From contig CM082594.2 of NCBI GenBank assembly GCA_040954595.2, forward strand, positions 6,466,740-6,530,739: a stretch of 64,000 nt of DNA, given 5' to 3'. Made by a program: the position numbers and the translations under genes. The notes under the pieces are model-generated. The model had not been told where the DNA came from and ran no database searches. It saw only the letters and a program-made list of their open reading frames with translations. This stretch comes from Balanoglossus misakiensis (Eukaryota; Animalia; Hemichordata). How positions within the stretch are numbered: the stretch's first letter is position 1; each line of letters begins with the position of its first letter. Positions 20,041 to 32,825 of this stretch are shown piece by piece.

Positions 20041-23000
20041 TCACTGCCAAGCGATGATGACAGGCCTGTCTTTGACCTCTGCCGGTATGTCGTCGACAGA
20101 TTTGTCCGTGTGCCTCACGTATTTCGATTTCGTGTTTTGTTCTTTTCGTCTCGCACGTTTCTCGTAGTGTATTTTGGCTACCTTCACGACGACCAACGCA
20201 GCAGATAGCGTAACAACGGGGATGACCGCTAACAAAGCTGCGAAGGCGACGTAGTCCGAATTCGAACGACTCTGATTGTTAGCGGAACGATAGTCCTCAG
20301 TTGTAGGCAATAGATCATTTTCTGTGCTGTTTTCTGATTGTGCGAACCTCGCTTGCGACGTCTCTGTAGTCGTTGGCATAGTGACTGGTCTGGGAGGGGC
20401 CGGTGGGCGAGCGGGGGTAGTGCGAGCGCCCTCTGTTGTCGCTTCGGGAATGTGATCCCGTTCAGTGGTTACATGTCCACGACTTTGCGTCGAATAATTA
20501 TCGGAAGAGTCTGTATTGTGTGAATTTGTTTCAGTAAAGTGCCCAGAGCTACCAAATATCCGTTGAAAGTTCGTTGTATGACGGTGCGTAGTTGTAAGCT
20601 TATCTGCTCCCATCATGTCAACCCGACCTTGAGTGTGTGTAAACCCCTTGGTCTTTTCAGTATGAAAATGACCACGTGTGCTAAAAATATATGGAGTTGT
20701 TGCACTGTCGAGCGTCTTTTCGGCCGTTGCCGGATTAAAAGTATGTGGAGTCGTACGCTCATGTTCTTTTCGCGTAAACTCTTCGCCATGAGCTGTTAAC
20801 ATGGTAGAAAGGTTTACATCGTTTTCGCTATTTTCTTCGGTTTGTGCTCGCTTCATTGCGATGCTACCATGGATGCTCGCGCCCTCTGTGGTCGTTGCGG
20901 TGTTCTGGAGGCTTGCAGTGAATGTTTTCCGCGTTCCGTCCAATCCGTTCGTGGCCTCTTCTGGCTGAGCCGTTGCTACAGCACGGTAGTTCGTGTCTTT
21001 TTCAGTCGTTTCACTTTCCGCGGTTGGCCCCTCAGTGCGCGCGCCCTCTGTGTCTTTTACAGTGTGGACGTTTGTTTGAAAATCCTTGAAAGGTGACGAG
21101 GTTTGTTCTCTAGTGGCTGGGTTGTTGGATCGGGTGTGGTCAGCTTCAGGACCGGTGGTGGAGAAAACTTTTGCAGAATCTTCGATTTCCGGAGTGTCGG
21201 CGCTCTGTTCAGCGGGTTTACTGTTCGTACTGTACGACATATCGATAGGTTGTAGTGTTGTCTCGCTGTCAGGCAACCTCTCCGTGGATCCAGCGTTCCA
21301 CCTGGTCGCTTCACTTGCGAACTCCCCGGTAAAGACCACACCGGCCTCCGTAGAATAGCTGCCCGCCATAGTCGAGCCAGAATCCGTGAAAGCCGTTTCT
21401 GTTGACGGCCTGTCCTGCACGCACACCGGGGCCGAGGCATTCCAGTTGCCGTCTGGTGCGCACTCTAACGTGTCGTAGCCAACCAGTGTATACCCTGCGT
21501 GACAGGCGACACGGATAATGTGCCCACTATAAACGTAGAATGGCACAGTCTTTTCTGACTGTAGATAGGCCCCCTCTTCTGATAATATTGGGTTTTGACA
21601 TATGGCTGAAATAGACCAAAAACAGAAATGCATGTGGGTGAAAATTAACGATGGCGTAGAAACGTAGTAAACACCAGGCGATGTCAGGACAGGCACCCCC
21701 GGACATGTACCCTGCGATGAAACAGACTAACCATCAGTACCCCCCTCTCCAGAAAACTACACTTCTAAATTCTATGTACTAATTCGGTTTCCTTGCCTAC
21801 CTTTCCCAAAGACCTTGATCTCGGCCAAGTTCAAAATCCCTTGTATTCCTCCGATGATTCCGATAGCGTATCGGGAGCGATGAGGGTGGCTGCAGCGCAT
21901 GGTGGCTTCGGGGAGTATCCTCGTCTTGTCGTTGATTTTATCTCCACACTGCCAGTTCGCGAACGCGTCGTCTGGGCGTCTCCCGACTCGTACGTTGAAA
22001 TAGAACCAGCGTTTGGCTTTACGTAAAAAATAGTATTTATGTGTATGAAAGTGAACGTATTATATATAGCAGTATTCTCTCGGTGGATAGATTTTAAGTA
22101 GGCATGCGCAGTTGTCGGCAGTATCAATCCCCTGGACTAGTTTTACCAGTCACTTATAATTCTCGATTTCCGCTTCGGTACGATAAATCATGGCATACTC
22201 AATTTGAAACTTTTTATCTGTTTCATTTGACGAAACATGTTCTCGTCAATGTCTGTTAAATCTAGGGCCTGTTCTTCGGAAAATTAGAAACCATAACTTT
22301 GGGCAAGATAACGGCTGAGTTCAGTGGAGTGAGTTTTCCGGTGTACCTACCACATTCTGGACACCCTCCGTCATTTTCGCGATTGATGACGTAGACATAG
22401 TGAACTTCGAAGAGTCCGCCAAGGTCAATCCACAAACTGGGGCGCAGGTCCCAGGCCGATTCGAAGTACGTCACGGCGTTGTCGTCATTTCCGTTTGTGG
22501 TGGCGTTGCTTTCGTGATACATGCTTCTGACTTCTGCGTACTTGTTGAGTGCCACGTCTTGCAACTCTGCGAGACAAGTGATGAAGTCTCAACTGAAATT
22601 GCTGCTATAGAAAATGGCGCCCGGACGAGGCTGTCGCTGCGCATGTGTCGCACCGTGCATTTGAACACTCAGTGTGTCGGCTGTCTTTGTGCATGCAAAG
22701 TCATCTTCTGAGTTCAATCAGTCTAAAAAAATGCCAGATATTTCAGGGACTGAGACTTCACCAACGCACTCTTTCTTCAGAGCACAAAGCGCGATGAGAA
22801 ATACCAGACCGACAATCATGGCCAACGGGTGTCACCCACCTGTACATATTGGCAAGAAGCTCCACGTGGATCCCCCGATGCACCGGACAACAGCATCCCC
22901 GTACATGGCATAACCGGCATTGCACGCGTATTCCAAGTTCTGGGAAACGTTGCCTTCAACAGCTGGTAGATGTGGATCGCCGCTCACCCGATACCCGTTT

Positions 23001-25627
23001 TCGGGAATTCCGGGATCAAACTCGCAAACTCCTAAAAAAAATCACGGATACAGACAAAATTGTCACCCCGATTTGATGCCTACAGCTGAAAGTCCTACAG
23101 GGACGAATGACAGTCGTTCACCACGAGTTGTACAGTACTGTATATTCATATACATGTACATGTAGGCCTAGGCCTTTTATTAACCTACAATTTACGACAA
23201 AAATGAGTTCTGTTAACCTCGGTCTGTGTACGTGTCCAGCCCGCTACATTTATTGCCCGCAAAAGCAAAGTCAGCATTTTATCGAAGTGAACAAAGAAAT
23301 CAAGGACATTAAAGTAATGACGATTTTGTCGCCTTGTTAGTGAAATTCTATATTTACAAACACATACCTTTCGCTAAGACATTGACATTCCATAGAATCA
23401 AGACATCGGTGACATTTTCTCGCTGTATGCTGACGTAGCGTCCTCTGATTGGGTAATCACAGGTGAGAATGACGGGCGTTTCTTTTCTTTCAAGGGGGTG
23501 CTCGTCTATCGTCGGGCCGCATTGTGTGTGATTCGCGAAATCTCCGTCCATACCGACCTTAATAACAGCGTTGAGAAGTTTGAAACCTGGAAATAATTGC
23601 CGCGAACCGTCGAATTAATTTTAGATAGGAATACTTAGAAACTTAAACAGCATTTTCACATATTTTAAATCCAAGGCATTCCTGATCATTGTGCAGTTAT
23701 GTTCGACATCCGGGTAAAATACTCACGCCGTGACGTGGTCTTGGGAAAGTGAACCAGTACGTGCTCAACGTCATACACGCCGCCAAGGTCCAGTTTCCAG
23801 TATGGCGCTCTTGCATTGGTTGTCTGGAGGAAGTTTAGAGGCGATTCATCTACCACCTGTCTGGTGGCCACCCAATCGTACTGCTCACCGTTGCTCTCGG
23901 CGTGCATGCCGAGCGAAGCAACATTTCGAAGTCCTTTCCAAAAAAGCAGAAAGGAATAGTTTAACATTTGTTCCCGGGACACAACTCATGCGGTTTAGAG
24001 TGAAACCTGCCTAAACCGAACCCTCTTTTACCTGGAAACCATTATCTATACTGGCATTTTCTTTACCTGAACATAGGGGTAACCGGTTGTCCCAAGTGCC
24101 ATCTTGTAAGCATTGGAGTGTCTGCGTCCCGTACAGAGCGTAACCCGCCGAACACCCAAAATGTATTTCTGTCCCTTGGGATAACGGGAAGACAGGGTGA
24201 ATCGGTGTCGCCAGGAATCCATTGGCTGGCACGCCGGGATTGGGACACTGAGCTGAAATGTCAACCAACATTTTACGGGGATTTAGCATTTCCTCAAAGC
24301 ATTTTCGCGCGTATTCGAACAGTACGAACCAGAAATCGCAAGGTTTTGCTTCAAGCGTTCGTTAATATTGAAAGTCGGGGACCGAACGCCCCAGCACAGA
24401 AACTTTGATAATAGTGAGCTTTTACGTGTAGGCCTACTTGTGTCCCGCCGATCAAAGTCAGTCAAAGAGAATGCGATCCAAGTTTGCGGCGACGGAAATG
24501 GTCGTGACGAAGAGAGACCCTGCCGCCAGCTGCTTCCCTTCTCAAAGTCAGAAAAACTGGAAAGCATTTGTACGTAAAATTAATTCCTCTAAATACATCA
24601 TGTGGCGTGCAATGGTTAATTAACGTACACAAACAACTTAGCCCCCTCAAGCGTGTACGTGAATCTGTACACAACAAGGTTGCCACTGACGCTCTACAGT
24701 CGGTGTCAAAACGGAAACACGGGCCGGCAGTTGCCGTATTCTACAGAGCACGTCACGTGACAACCACCTGTGGCTGTTTCGTTAACATTGTAAAAGTTAT
24801 GTGACATGATTGTAAAGTCTCGTCTAAACATCTTGCCACACGACTAACAGTCTAAAATGATAGCTAACTGAGCACGCAAGTCAAGAGACTTAGGAAGTCC
24901 AGCAGTCCGCATTCGCAAGGCTAATGTCCACAGGCGATAAAGAGAATTCAAAGGCGCCTCTTCTGTCACGGTCAAACGTTTAGAGCTGGCATTAAACTGT
25001 ACACGCTGCGTTATGTTTACGATACAAACCGAGGCCATCTTTTGTTATCAAGACGTATAGTTCCATACGGGTTTCAATGTCGAGGGCGGTAGGCATTGAG
25101 GGGAAACCCCCGGAGTACTCCTACTTAATAGAGGCGTGAAGCACAATGTCAAAACATCAACTCTTGTTAACTACCGAAAAAAATGAACCATAGTTCGGAA
25201 TTTCTAGTCAAATTTGGGGATATCTTCGGGTCATTTACAGTCCGTTGTTCTGTTGCATTTGAAGGATCTTCCGAAGTTTATTGATTCTTCGGATTAAAAA
25301 GTAAACCCATATTTACGATTTTTAGTGAAAAAGAAATCTCCCGTGTGTAAACCCCCGGAGAAAGTTCTCTTTTTGATATTTCACGTCACAAAAATGACTA
25401 CCGTATTTTAATTACGGAGAATCCTCTCTTGCAGGAGTTATTCATGATACCGTCTTATTTATAAAGCATTTCACAAAATAAGTGAATCATTCCGATGCAA
25501 ATTTAGAGAATAACGATTTTTTTTAAAAACAAATTACAGCGTACTCACCATGGATACTGACCGTTGACATCATTAATATCAAATTTACAGTAGGGATAAG
25601 TTCGCGTAATCCAAGAGAATCGCGCAT
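20041..25627 (-). CDS. Type-I membrane protein B: signal peptide-CCP-FTP-CCP-FTP-CCP-long Thr/Ser mucin-like stalk-TM-tail (paralog of A)
   Basis: Exons 25627-25549 (probable signal peptide), 24252-24067 (CCP), 23933-23727 plus 23586-23368 (FTP), 23031-22840 (CCP), 22566-22351 plus 22016-21801 (FTP) and 21605-20041 (CCP, stalk, TM, tail ...PVIIAWQ). The exons are homologous to gene A one by one and all introns are phase 1. Confidence 0.85.
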
Positions 25628-26476
25628 GCTGTTCGTCTGCAAAGGTCGGACAGTGTACATGTAGGCCTATGTACGTACAATGTACTAGAAAACGAAAGAA
25701 TATATTCCTTCGCACCAAAGCCAGTCTTATACGTCACGGTGCTGCCGCTTTAAAACAGGCCAGGATTAAGCTTCTTGGGTCGCGTCAGACTTTGGAAGGG
25801 AAACGATGCGCGTCATACACTTTTGAAGAATGGTGTGGACTTGACAGTTAAAAACAAACTGTTTCATTTCGGTAACAATCGGCAGTACGCATGCCTGGTC
25901 AATCCAGTTTGAACTTCGAAGTGACATCACAATGACTTTATTGAGCATAAGCGTCCTCCAGCTCGGTGTGTCCATCGGTGTACGTAGGATTAACAAAGTC
26001 TGACCTTCATCTTGTGTTGCGATCAAGGTATATGCGTTTTTTTGTGTGCGGGTGTTTCCATATAACGTTTGGAACAAACTTCACTTACGGAAAAAAGATT
26101 GTCGGAGAATACATGTACTAACGTTTGAAAAGTTAGTTTCGTCCACTGTTGACACGAGAATCCACTTTCGTGGGAACCCTCTGACGTGACAGCGAAGTTC
26201 AGCCTCCATTAAATTTTTATACAAAGGTCATGTTCACTTTGATCACTTGGTTGGTCATGGTGAACTTGAAGGCCGACATCCCTACAAGTTCAGTACATGA
26301 ATTTAGCGACCACCCGCTATGATCATCAGAAAGTAACTTGAATATTTACATGTAATCGGGATTGAATTTTATTAAGAACAGTTTCTGAAATAACTAAATG
26401 ACCTGCATAACAATACAAAACAAAACACAAAGACCTATGAATATGTACCATGAATACATCCCTGTGATTCATATAT

Positions 26477-29400
26477 TTACATGACGACACATTTCTCCCC
26501 GTGCTTAGCCATCTCCTTTTCATATTCCTCGACTTCTTGAAGATATGCCAACGGTGGCCATTGGTTCTCGGTCACGAATTCCAAGTCGTCTCCTTCTAGC
26601 TGGGAAAACTCAGCTCTGGTCTTGAAGGCTATGTAGTTGGTTGAAATGAAATGAAGACACCATTTGGACAATTGTCCTGCATTGTGAATCTAAATAAAAA
26701 GGGGGAAAAATCAAGATTTAATACAAGGGGTAATAGCAGTAGCCCGGTTCATACAAATTTCACTATAGCTATAGCGAAAAATAATTCTAAAAAATGCATT
26801 TTCTACCACAAAACCGACCAACCTGTGCCAAGTGCAGCAACCCGATGACATCAATATCAGCCTTTTCAATGCAATCTTTCGTTGACCTTTCAACTTCTTT
26901 TGTGATGTAAAGCTCGCACAAATTAACCAATCTGTCTTGACAGAATTGATTGGCCAGAGTCAGGATTCCAAGTGAGTCGGTCTCTTCTATTGGAGAATGG
27001 TCGGTGTACAGATACTCCAGCAATGCCAGGAAGCATGACAGGTCTGTGTCTAGTATTTTCACCTGCACACAAAATATCATGCATATTACTATTTCATACA
27101 GATATAACTATAACTATATACACTATAACTAGCAAATCTTCGAAAATCTTAACTGCAGGCCACTGATTTTCATAGAGACTACAAACCCTGTGGTCATACT
27201 GAGGTCCAACTTGGGGAACATTTACCTGGGTTTTGTTGCTCTCAGCAAAATGGCCACCAAACATGACTGACATGACCTCACACCGTGCAGTCAGTACCAC
27301 TTTGTGAGCATGCACTGTTTTACCTGAAAAACAGGAATAACAAGATTGGTTGGTTTTGTTTTATTTGTAGAACCAAAACCATGCATGCAGCTTTTATATT
27401 GTTGCATTTCACTTGTTGATTGAAAACAAGAGTCACAGATTAAAATATGGCTTTCCATTCAGAGTTTAATTTTTTTTAGAATGTTTAATTTTAATAGTCC
27501 GTGAGTTCAATGCAATGAGAAAATTGAGACACAAATTGGGTATAGTACCTGAAACATTGAATGCGATATCAGAAAACAGGGGCCTATTCAGACACAGCTT
27601 CTTCATAACAGCGCCCATGCAGTCGTTGAGGTAGGTTCCAATACTCGGATTGAGAAACTCCTCATCGTTGATGACATTCTTACAAATTTCTGCCAGCCTA
27701 GGGAGTTCAAATGTTTTGGCCGCTTTTGTTAGACTTTGGAGCAGCTCATCAGATGGAGTTAGAGGTAACTTTGGCAGACCTAAAAGGCAAAGAAAAAAAT
27801 TGTTATTATTGAGGCCATGAATTTAAATAAATAAAAAATGTCAGTATAGTAGATACTAAAAACCTAAAACCAGTACCATTTAAATGAAGTACAAAATGTA
27901 ATGCTATATCTTACCACAGTAGAGGAATTCTAGTAGATGCTTGAATGTTTCAAACGGGATGTCTGCGCTGATAGTCACAATTGTTTTGACGGCTCTTACA
28001 TCGTCATCTCTGCTTTCATCCATGATACTGGCGATACCGAGGACCTTTCCGTCATTGATATCTTTCCTGGAAAACGGCTTTCCCAGGGCGTTGTCTTTCA
28101 GTTGATTATTCTGTGGAAAGAGTTGTGTGCATACGTTCAGTTCATAATACTATGGCGGTTTGGGTTGTCACGTGTCAATACTGCAAAAGTACACTACAAC
28201 ATCATGTACAACTGCATTTGAGTGTCTAACTCCCTGCAAAGTATGCCACGTACCACATGTGTATGTATTATCACTAACCTCTATTGGCACAGGACTCACG
28301 CCAAACACCCTGCAGAAGTAGGTGGATGCACTGCACAGGACCAGTTTGTGGGCCTGCAACTGCCTGGTGTCTTCAATGTAGAAAGTCACGTCTGCATGGA
28401 CTGGGTTTTCCAGCATTTTGTACCACTGATCGCCGAACGTGGATGTCTCAATTTCGATCCATGGTGCCTGTCCTGAAGAGAGAAAAAAAAGAGTGATTTT
28501 AACTTCCGTGGGGTTAATCAGCCCCCCCCCTCCCCAACAGTTCAGCTGTGTTACCACAGCTGGAGTTAATATACATGTAACTCCAATCCCGTCCACTCAC
28601 CTGCAGGGGGCATTATTGGAGGCAAGGGCACAGGTCGTTTGTTTTTGCTTCCAAACCCAAATCCGAGCCCACCTTTCTTCTTTGCGTGAACTTTACAATG
28701 CTGTGAAATCTTGACCTGTGAAAATTGTTTTCACAAAAAAATCTAATATCAGAAAATATATAGTACAACTAATTTTTTCATTCCTTTCATTAAATCAGAG
28801 CTTTTGGGAATTCTTTATTCTTTTGTATGACTTGTTAAACATGAATGATACTCACTGCTTCATCAAAGAGTGTCTTTAGACCCGTAATTGTGAGGGCGCT
28901 TGTCTCCTGGTATCTCATCTTATTTCTTTTGGCGACCTCTAAGCCTTGTTCATAGGTCACCAATTTCCTATGACTACTTGGGTGGCCACTACTGGATCGG
29001 AGATCTTGAAACAGATAACATACACACAGATATTAAATGAGATTTTCTTGAAACTGAGAGGAAGGAAGGAATAATAAGTCTTTGGCAGAACATGTCTTCA
29101 TGTATAAAGACAAATACACTCACCAATTTTATTGCAACACAAGATAATTGGTGTATGCGGCATGTGATGTCTCAACTCTGGCAACCATTTGCTCTCCACA
29201 TTTTCCAAGGAAGTTTCGCTCTCAGCGGAGAAACACAGCAGGAAGACATCTGTACCTGGGTAGGACAGTGGACGGAGTCTGTCATAGTCCTCCTGTCAAG
29301 ACATAAAAACTCTAAGTTCAAGTCAATAATTTAGGGCCAGTTTTTATTTATGAAAGCACTGTTATATCGACGGGTTATTGCTTAATTATCTTCTATTTAG

Positions 29401-29599
29401 AAAATGTATAACTTACTTGTCCAGCAGTATCAAAGAATGCTACGTTGTACGGCTTGCCATCCACCATAATGTTGGCAGCGTAATTGTCGAAAACAGTCGG
29501 TACATATTCTCCGGGAAATGAATTTGTGGTGTAAGCTATCAGTAAGCAACTCTTTCCAACGGCGCCATCCCCAACCACTGTTATCTTCAGGTTCTGCAT
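26477..29599 (-). CDS. Rho-related BTB protein, RacA-like (Rac-type GTPase, Pro-rich linker, split BTB, BTB, CAAX)
   Basis: Exons 29599-29417, 29292-29124, 29004-28856, 28715-28601, 28472-28279, 28110-27915, 27779-27549, 27323-27226, 27062-26823 and 26689-26477. Motifs: [42 protein letters not shown], two AHKxVL BTB motifs, [12 protein letters not shown] and C-terminal CVVM. Confidence 0.9.
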
Positions 29600-30584
29600 T
29601 TCTTTCTTTCGTTCTTTGCTTTCTGGAAAAAATATGGGCGCTTATGAAAGGTCTCGTGTGTGTGTGTTCCCGGCGTTACACGGCCTCAGCGCCGGGAACA
29701 CACAGACCCGTTACGCCGGGTGTCGTAACTGTTGTCTGAAATATAAACAGTGATAACGTGCAATACTAGCCCCATTGTGCGATCTACGTGGATGGGCGGT
29801 GCATATTTCATCGTCTTACCTCTAACGCACACCTCCTTGACGTCTCCGCAGACGAAGAGACTGATTGTTTACGCTGCATGTTGGTTGACTGTTATATAGA
29901 GGATTTCCTTGAGCTAAAAATATCTACCAATCAGGTTGCTCGGAAAGGGGTGTCCCACATACGGCTATGACATCATTTTCAGTATGCTCGTAATTTCTGA
30001 TCAGTTGGCTCGACAATAATAATGGGAACAAAAATACCAAAATCAGTGTAAAATAGGTGTAAAATTATAATAATAAACTAATTAATAGGGCAAAATGTAA
30101 TTTATAGAGATATATTAGAGATATATGATGCTCGTTTTATCACATTTTCTTCAGTCGAATCAGGGGTTGTACATGCACTCGCTCAGGGTCAGAGGTCGAA
30201 CACCGTCAACATTGAATGAGATTGAGACTGTTTTTACAGAGCCATTCTGGTGGGATGAAACGCCCTGATACAGGTAATAAAGTCGTCATTGTCTTCAGAA
30301 TTACGAAGTACAGATTGTTAATGGTGTGCACACGGGTATCAAGATGTGAATCCGTGGCATTGTGGTAGATTATACTCGTCACTCTTTCGCCTTTCTGTGA
30401 CCGTCAGTCTGTTGCACAACGCAACGCAACGTACAGTGAACAGTGGTTCAAAGCAGTTTGAATATACAGATTTTGGTAGATTTTGGCTCAGTTTTATTTA
30501 GGCCAGGCTGAAGGTTTTGCCGAGTCTGTAAGTGTAAAGTAAGGTTTATTATATTTACATTTTCAGCGAATTTCTGATGCATTG

Positions 30585-32825
30585 ATGGACGTCAAAGCTG
30601 TCAACAGAGACGATTCAGACGAGCTACTGGGACAATCTCAGACAGATTTGAATCAACCGGACTCGCTCTTTGAGCATGCCAAGTACGTGTGCTTTACAAA
30701 TCCCAGGGTCCTTTTCAAAGTGGACGGGGAGGGGGCTCTGGTGGGACTCAGGGCCGAGGTGTGTCTGCCAAGTCTCATCGCCGACGACCTGCTGCTGCAC
30801 TATGCGCAAGAAGGCAAAGTCAGCGACGCATTTCTGCGCATCCTCGGCGACACGGAGAGCGTTTCCTTGAAATGCGCGCACTTGCACGGATGTGATCATG
30901 TCTCGGACGACGGCCTGGAGTCACTCTTCAGGCACAAGCTGCAATCGTTGGACATATCTGACTGCAGTGGCGTCACCTCCAAGGTGATGGACCACCTCCT
31001 GCTGTGTAGGGACTCCCTGCAGCACTTGAACGTGGACTTCTGTCGGGGCATCATCACCAAGCAGGTTATGGAGAACTTCAGCTTCACAAACCTGAGCACG
31101 CTGAACATGAACTCCATACAGATTGTCAACTACGAATCGCACCTTGTGCAGCACTTCTTCAACCAGCTGACAAGCCTGACTTCCCTGGACCTGTCCAATC
31201 AAGTTCAAGTCCACTCGACAAAGTCTCTCGACTTCCTGAACCTGGTGGCCGGGCAGCTGAAGTCTCTGGTCCTCTACAACTGCAAGCCCAAGTTAATCAC
31301 GGAGAGCTGGAACGTCATATGCTCAATGACCCACCTGCGACATTTGGACGTGTCCCAGGAGCCATCGGGAATGACCTTTGGCCAGCCTCGCTTCCACACC
31401 AACGTGGTCACCCCTCAGATGCTCTCGCAGCTTGTGGACAGTGTGCCGAACCTGAGGTCGTTGGATATCTCCAGGCATAACTTGGGGTCGTGGGACGACG
31501 AGCTTGTCGGTGTGAGTGATGTCAGCGTTTATGTGGAGAGCTCACTGCCAGGGCTGAAACGCATGAAGCGGCCGTTAGAGTTCCTTGGCATGTGGATGAC
31601 CAGGTGGTCTGATACCAGCGCGTCCAATGAGCACGCAAGACTCCGAAACCTCGCCGACATTCGCATACCGGCTCTCAAATCCGCCGGAGGAGTGAGCAAA
31701 GAGTCGCTTCTCACCGCTCTCGAGGTGTACACCGAAAAATGCCGCAGGTTTCTGAAAGTCCTGAACATCTATCGGCGGCACCCCGAGTTGATCGATTGCG
31801 ACGACGTGATGGTGCGAATCGTTCAGAGCATTTTCCGAGCCATGTCCTACCACTCGCTCAGCACTGACCTCCAGGTCCAGTGCATTGAAATGCTGGGCGT
31901 GACAATTTCCAAATACACAGAAGATGGAAGGGAATTTCCGAAGGGGAAACTCTATCGGCAGATAGCGCAAGCGGTCATACGATCTTCGGCCTATCCGCAC
32001 TGTGGCCAGTCTTTCACGGATTCTGTGTGCGAGGTCTTCAGCTTGCTGAAACTCTGGAAGAACGACTTCGAATACATTCCATTTGTGCATACTCTGTTCA
32101 GGTTGACCACGGACGGTAGCATCTGCGACATGCCCGACCTGTTTGATCTTCTCGAAACGACGATAACCACAGCCGACGGCGACAAGATGGACAGTCTCAT
32201 CGACAGCGGCATTGTTAAGTTGACCTTGACGTTGATGGATCGGGTCATTGCGTATTACAGAACAGACGAGCATTCCCTGTCTCCGAACGACTCCATCGTA
32301 CCTCTGAATGTAGGGTGGCATCTCCTGCGGAGAGTCGCTTCCTTTGCCGGCGGTCGAAGGAAGTTTCTTTCTCTTGGCGGTGCGTCAATCACAATTACCT
32401 GCATGGAGCATCTGTTGAATTGCTGTGTCGAGATTGAGCGCGACGAGTCTGACAAGAACTCGGTCTCTCCAGATGATGATTGCTGGTGTGTAAAATTACA
32501 CATATCCTCCAGCGCCCATATAGACCTGATCATGTCAATCGTGTCGGTTGTGTGCAACCTGGTGTTGGATTCCGACTGCCAGCCTGCCATGGTCGGGCTG
32601 ATCGACCCGCTGTTTGCCTTACTCACAAAGTCGGCCATCCTGCCAGTGCATGCAGGCGTTGCATTCTGTGTCCTGTCGAAGGAGCAGCCAGCGCTCTGGG
32701 CACAAGAGGCAGACAGGCAGTTGATGCTCGATCAAGTGGTTGAAGCCAACAAGATACGATCGGATGCCTTAGAAGACACAAAGGAACTGAGGAAATTCCT
32801 GATAAGCTCTGTAGCAGAGATTTGA
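30585..32825 (+). CDS. ZER1/ZYG11-like Cul2-ElonginBC substrate adaptor, intronless CDS
   Basis: A 746-aa single ORF. It has an N-terminal BC/VHL-box-like PDSLFEHAKYVC...LPSLIADDLL, LRRs (LQSLDIS, LTSLDLS, LRSLDIS), RPLEFLG and an ARM-like helical C-terminal half. A candidate 5'UTR intron spans 30274-30566. Confidence 0.8.
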   Translation: MDVKAVNRDDSDELLGQSQTDLNQPDSLFEHAKYVCFTNPRVLFKVDGEGALVGLRAEVCLPSLIADDLLLHYAQEGKVSDAFLRILGDTESVSLKCAHLHGCDHVSDDGLESLFRHKLQSLDISDCSGVTSKVMDHLLLCRDSLQHLNVDFCRGIITKQVMENFSFTNLSTLNMNSIQIVNYESHLVQHFFNQLTSLTSLDLSNQVQVHSTKSLDFLNLVAGQLKSLVLYNCKPKLITESWNVICSMTHLRHLDVSQEPSGMTFGQPRFHTNVVTPQMLSQLVDSVPNLRSLDISRHNLGSWDDELVGVSDVSVYVESSLPGLKRMKRPLEFLGMWMTRWSDTSASNEHARLRNLADIRIPALKSAGGVSKESLLTALEVYTEKCRRFLKVLNIYRRHPELIDCDDVMVRIVQSIFRAMSYHSLSTDLQVQCIEMLGVTISKYTEDGREFPKGKLYRQIAQAVIRSSAYPHCGQSFTDSVCEVFSLLKLWKNDFEYIPFVHTLFRLTTDGSICDMPDLFDLLETTITTADGDKMDSLIDSGIVKLTLTLMDRVIAYYRTDEHSLSPNDSIVPLNVGWHLLRRVASFAGGRRKFLSLGGASITITCMEHLLNCCVEIERDESDKNSVSPDDDCWCVKLHISSSAHIDLIMSIVSVVCNLVLDSDCQPAMVGLIDPLFALLTKSAILPVHAGVAFCVLSKEQPALWAQEADRQLMLDQVVEANKIRSDALEDTKELRKFLISSVAEI

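Noticed and set aside
29820-29879. Upstream coding exon for the RacA-like gene
   Set aside because: Splicing to 29622 puts its ATG out of frame with the GTPase, so it is at most a UTR exon or uORF.
31575-32321. 248-aa minus-strand ORF
   Set aside because: It is an antisense shadow of the GC-rich ZER1-like CDS.
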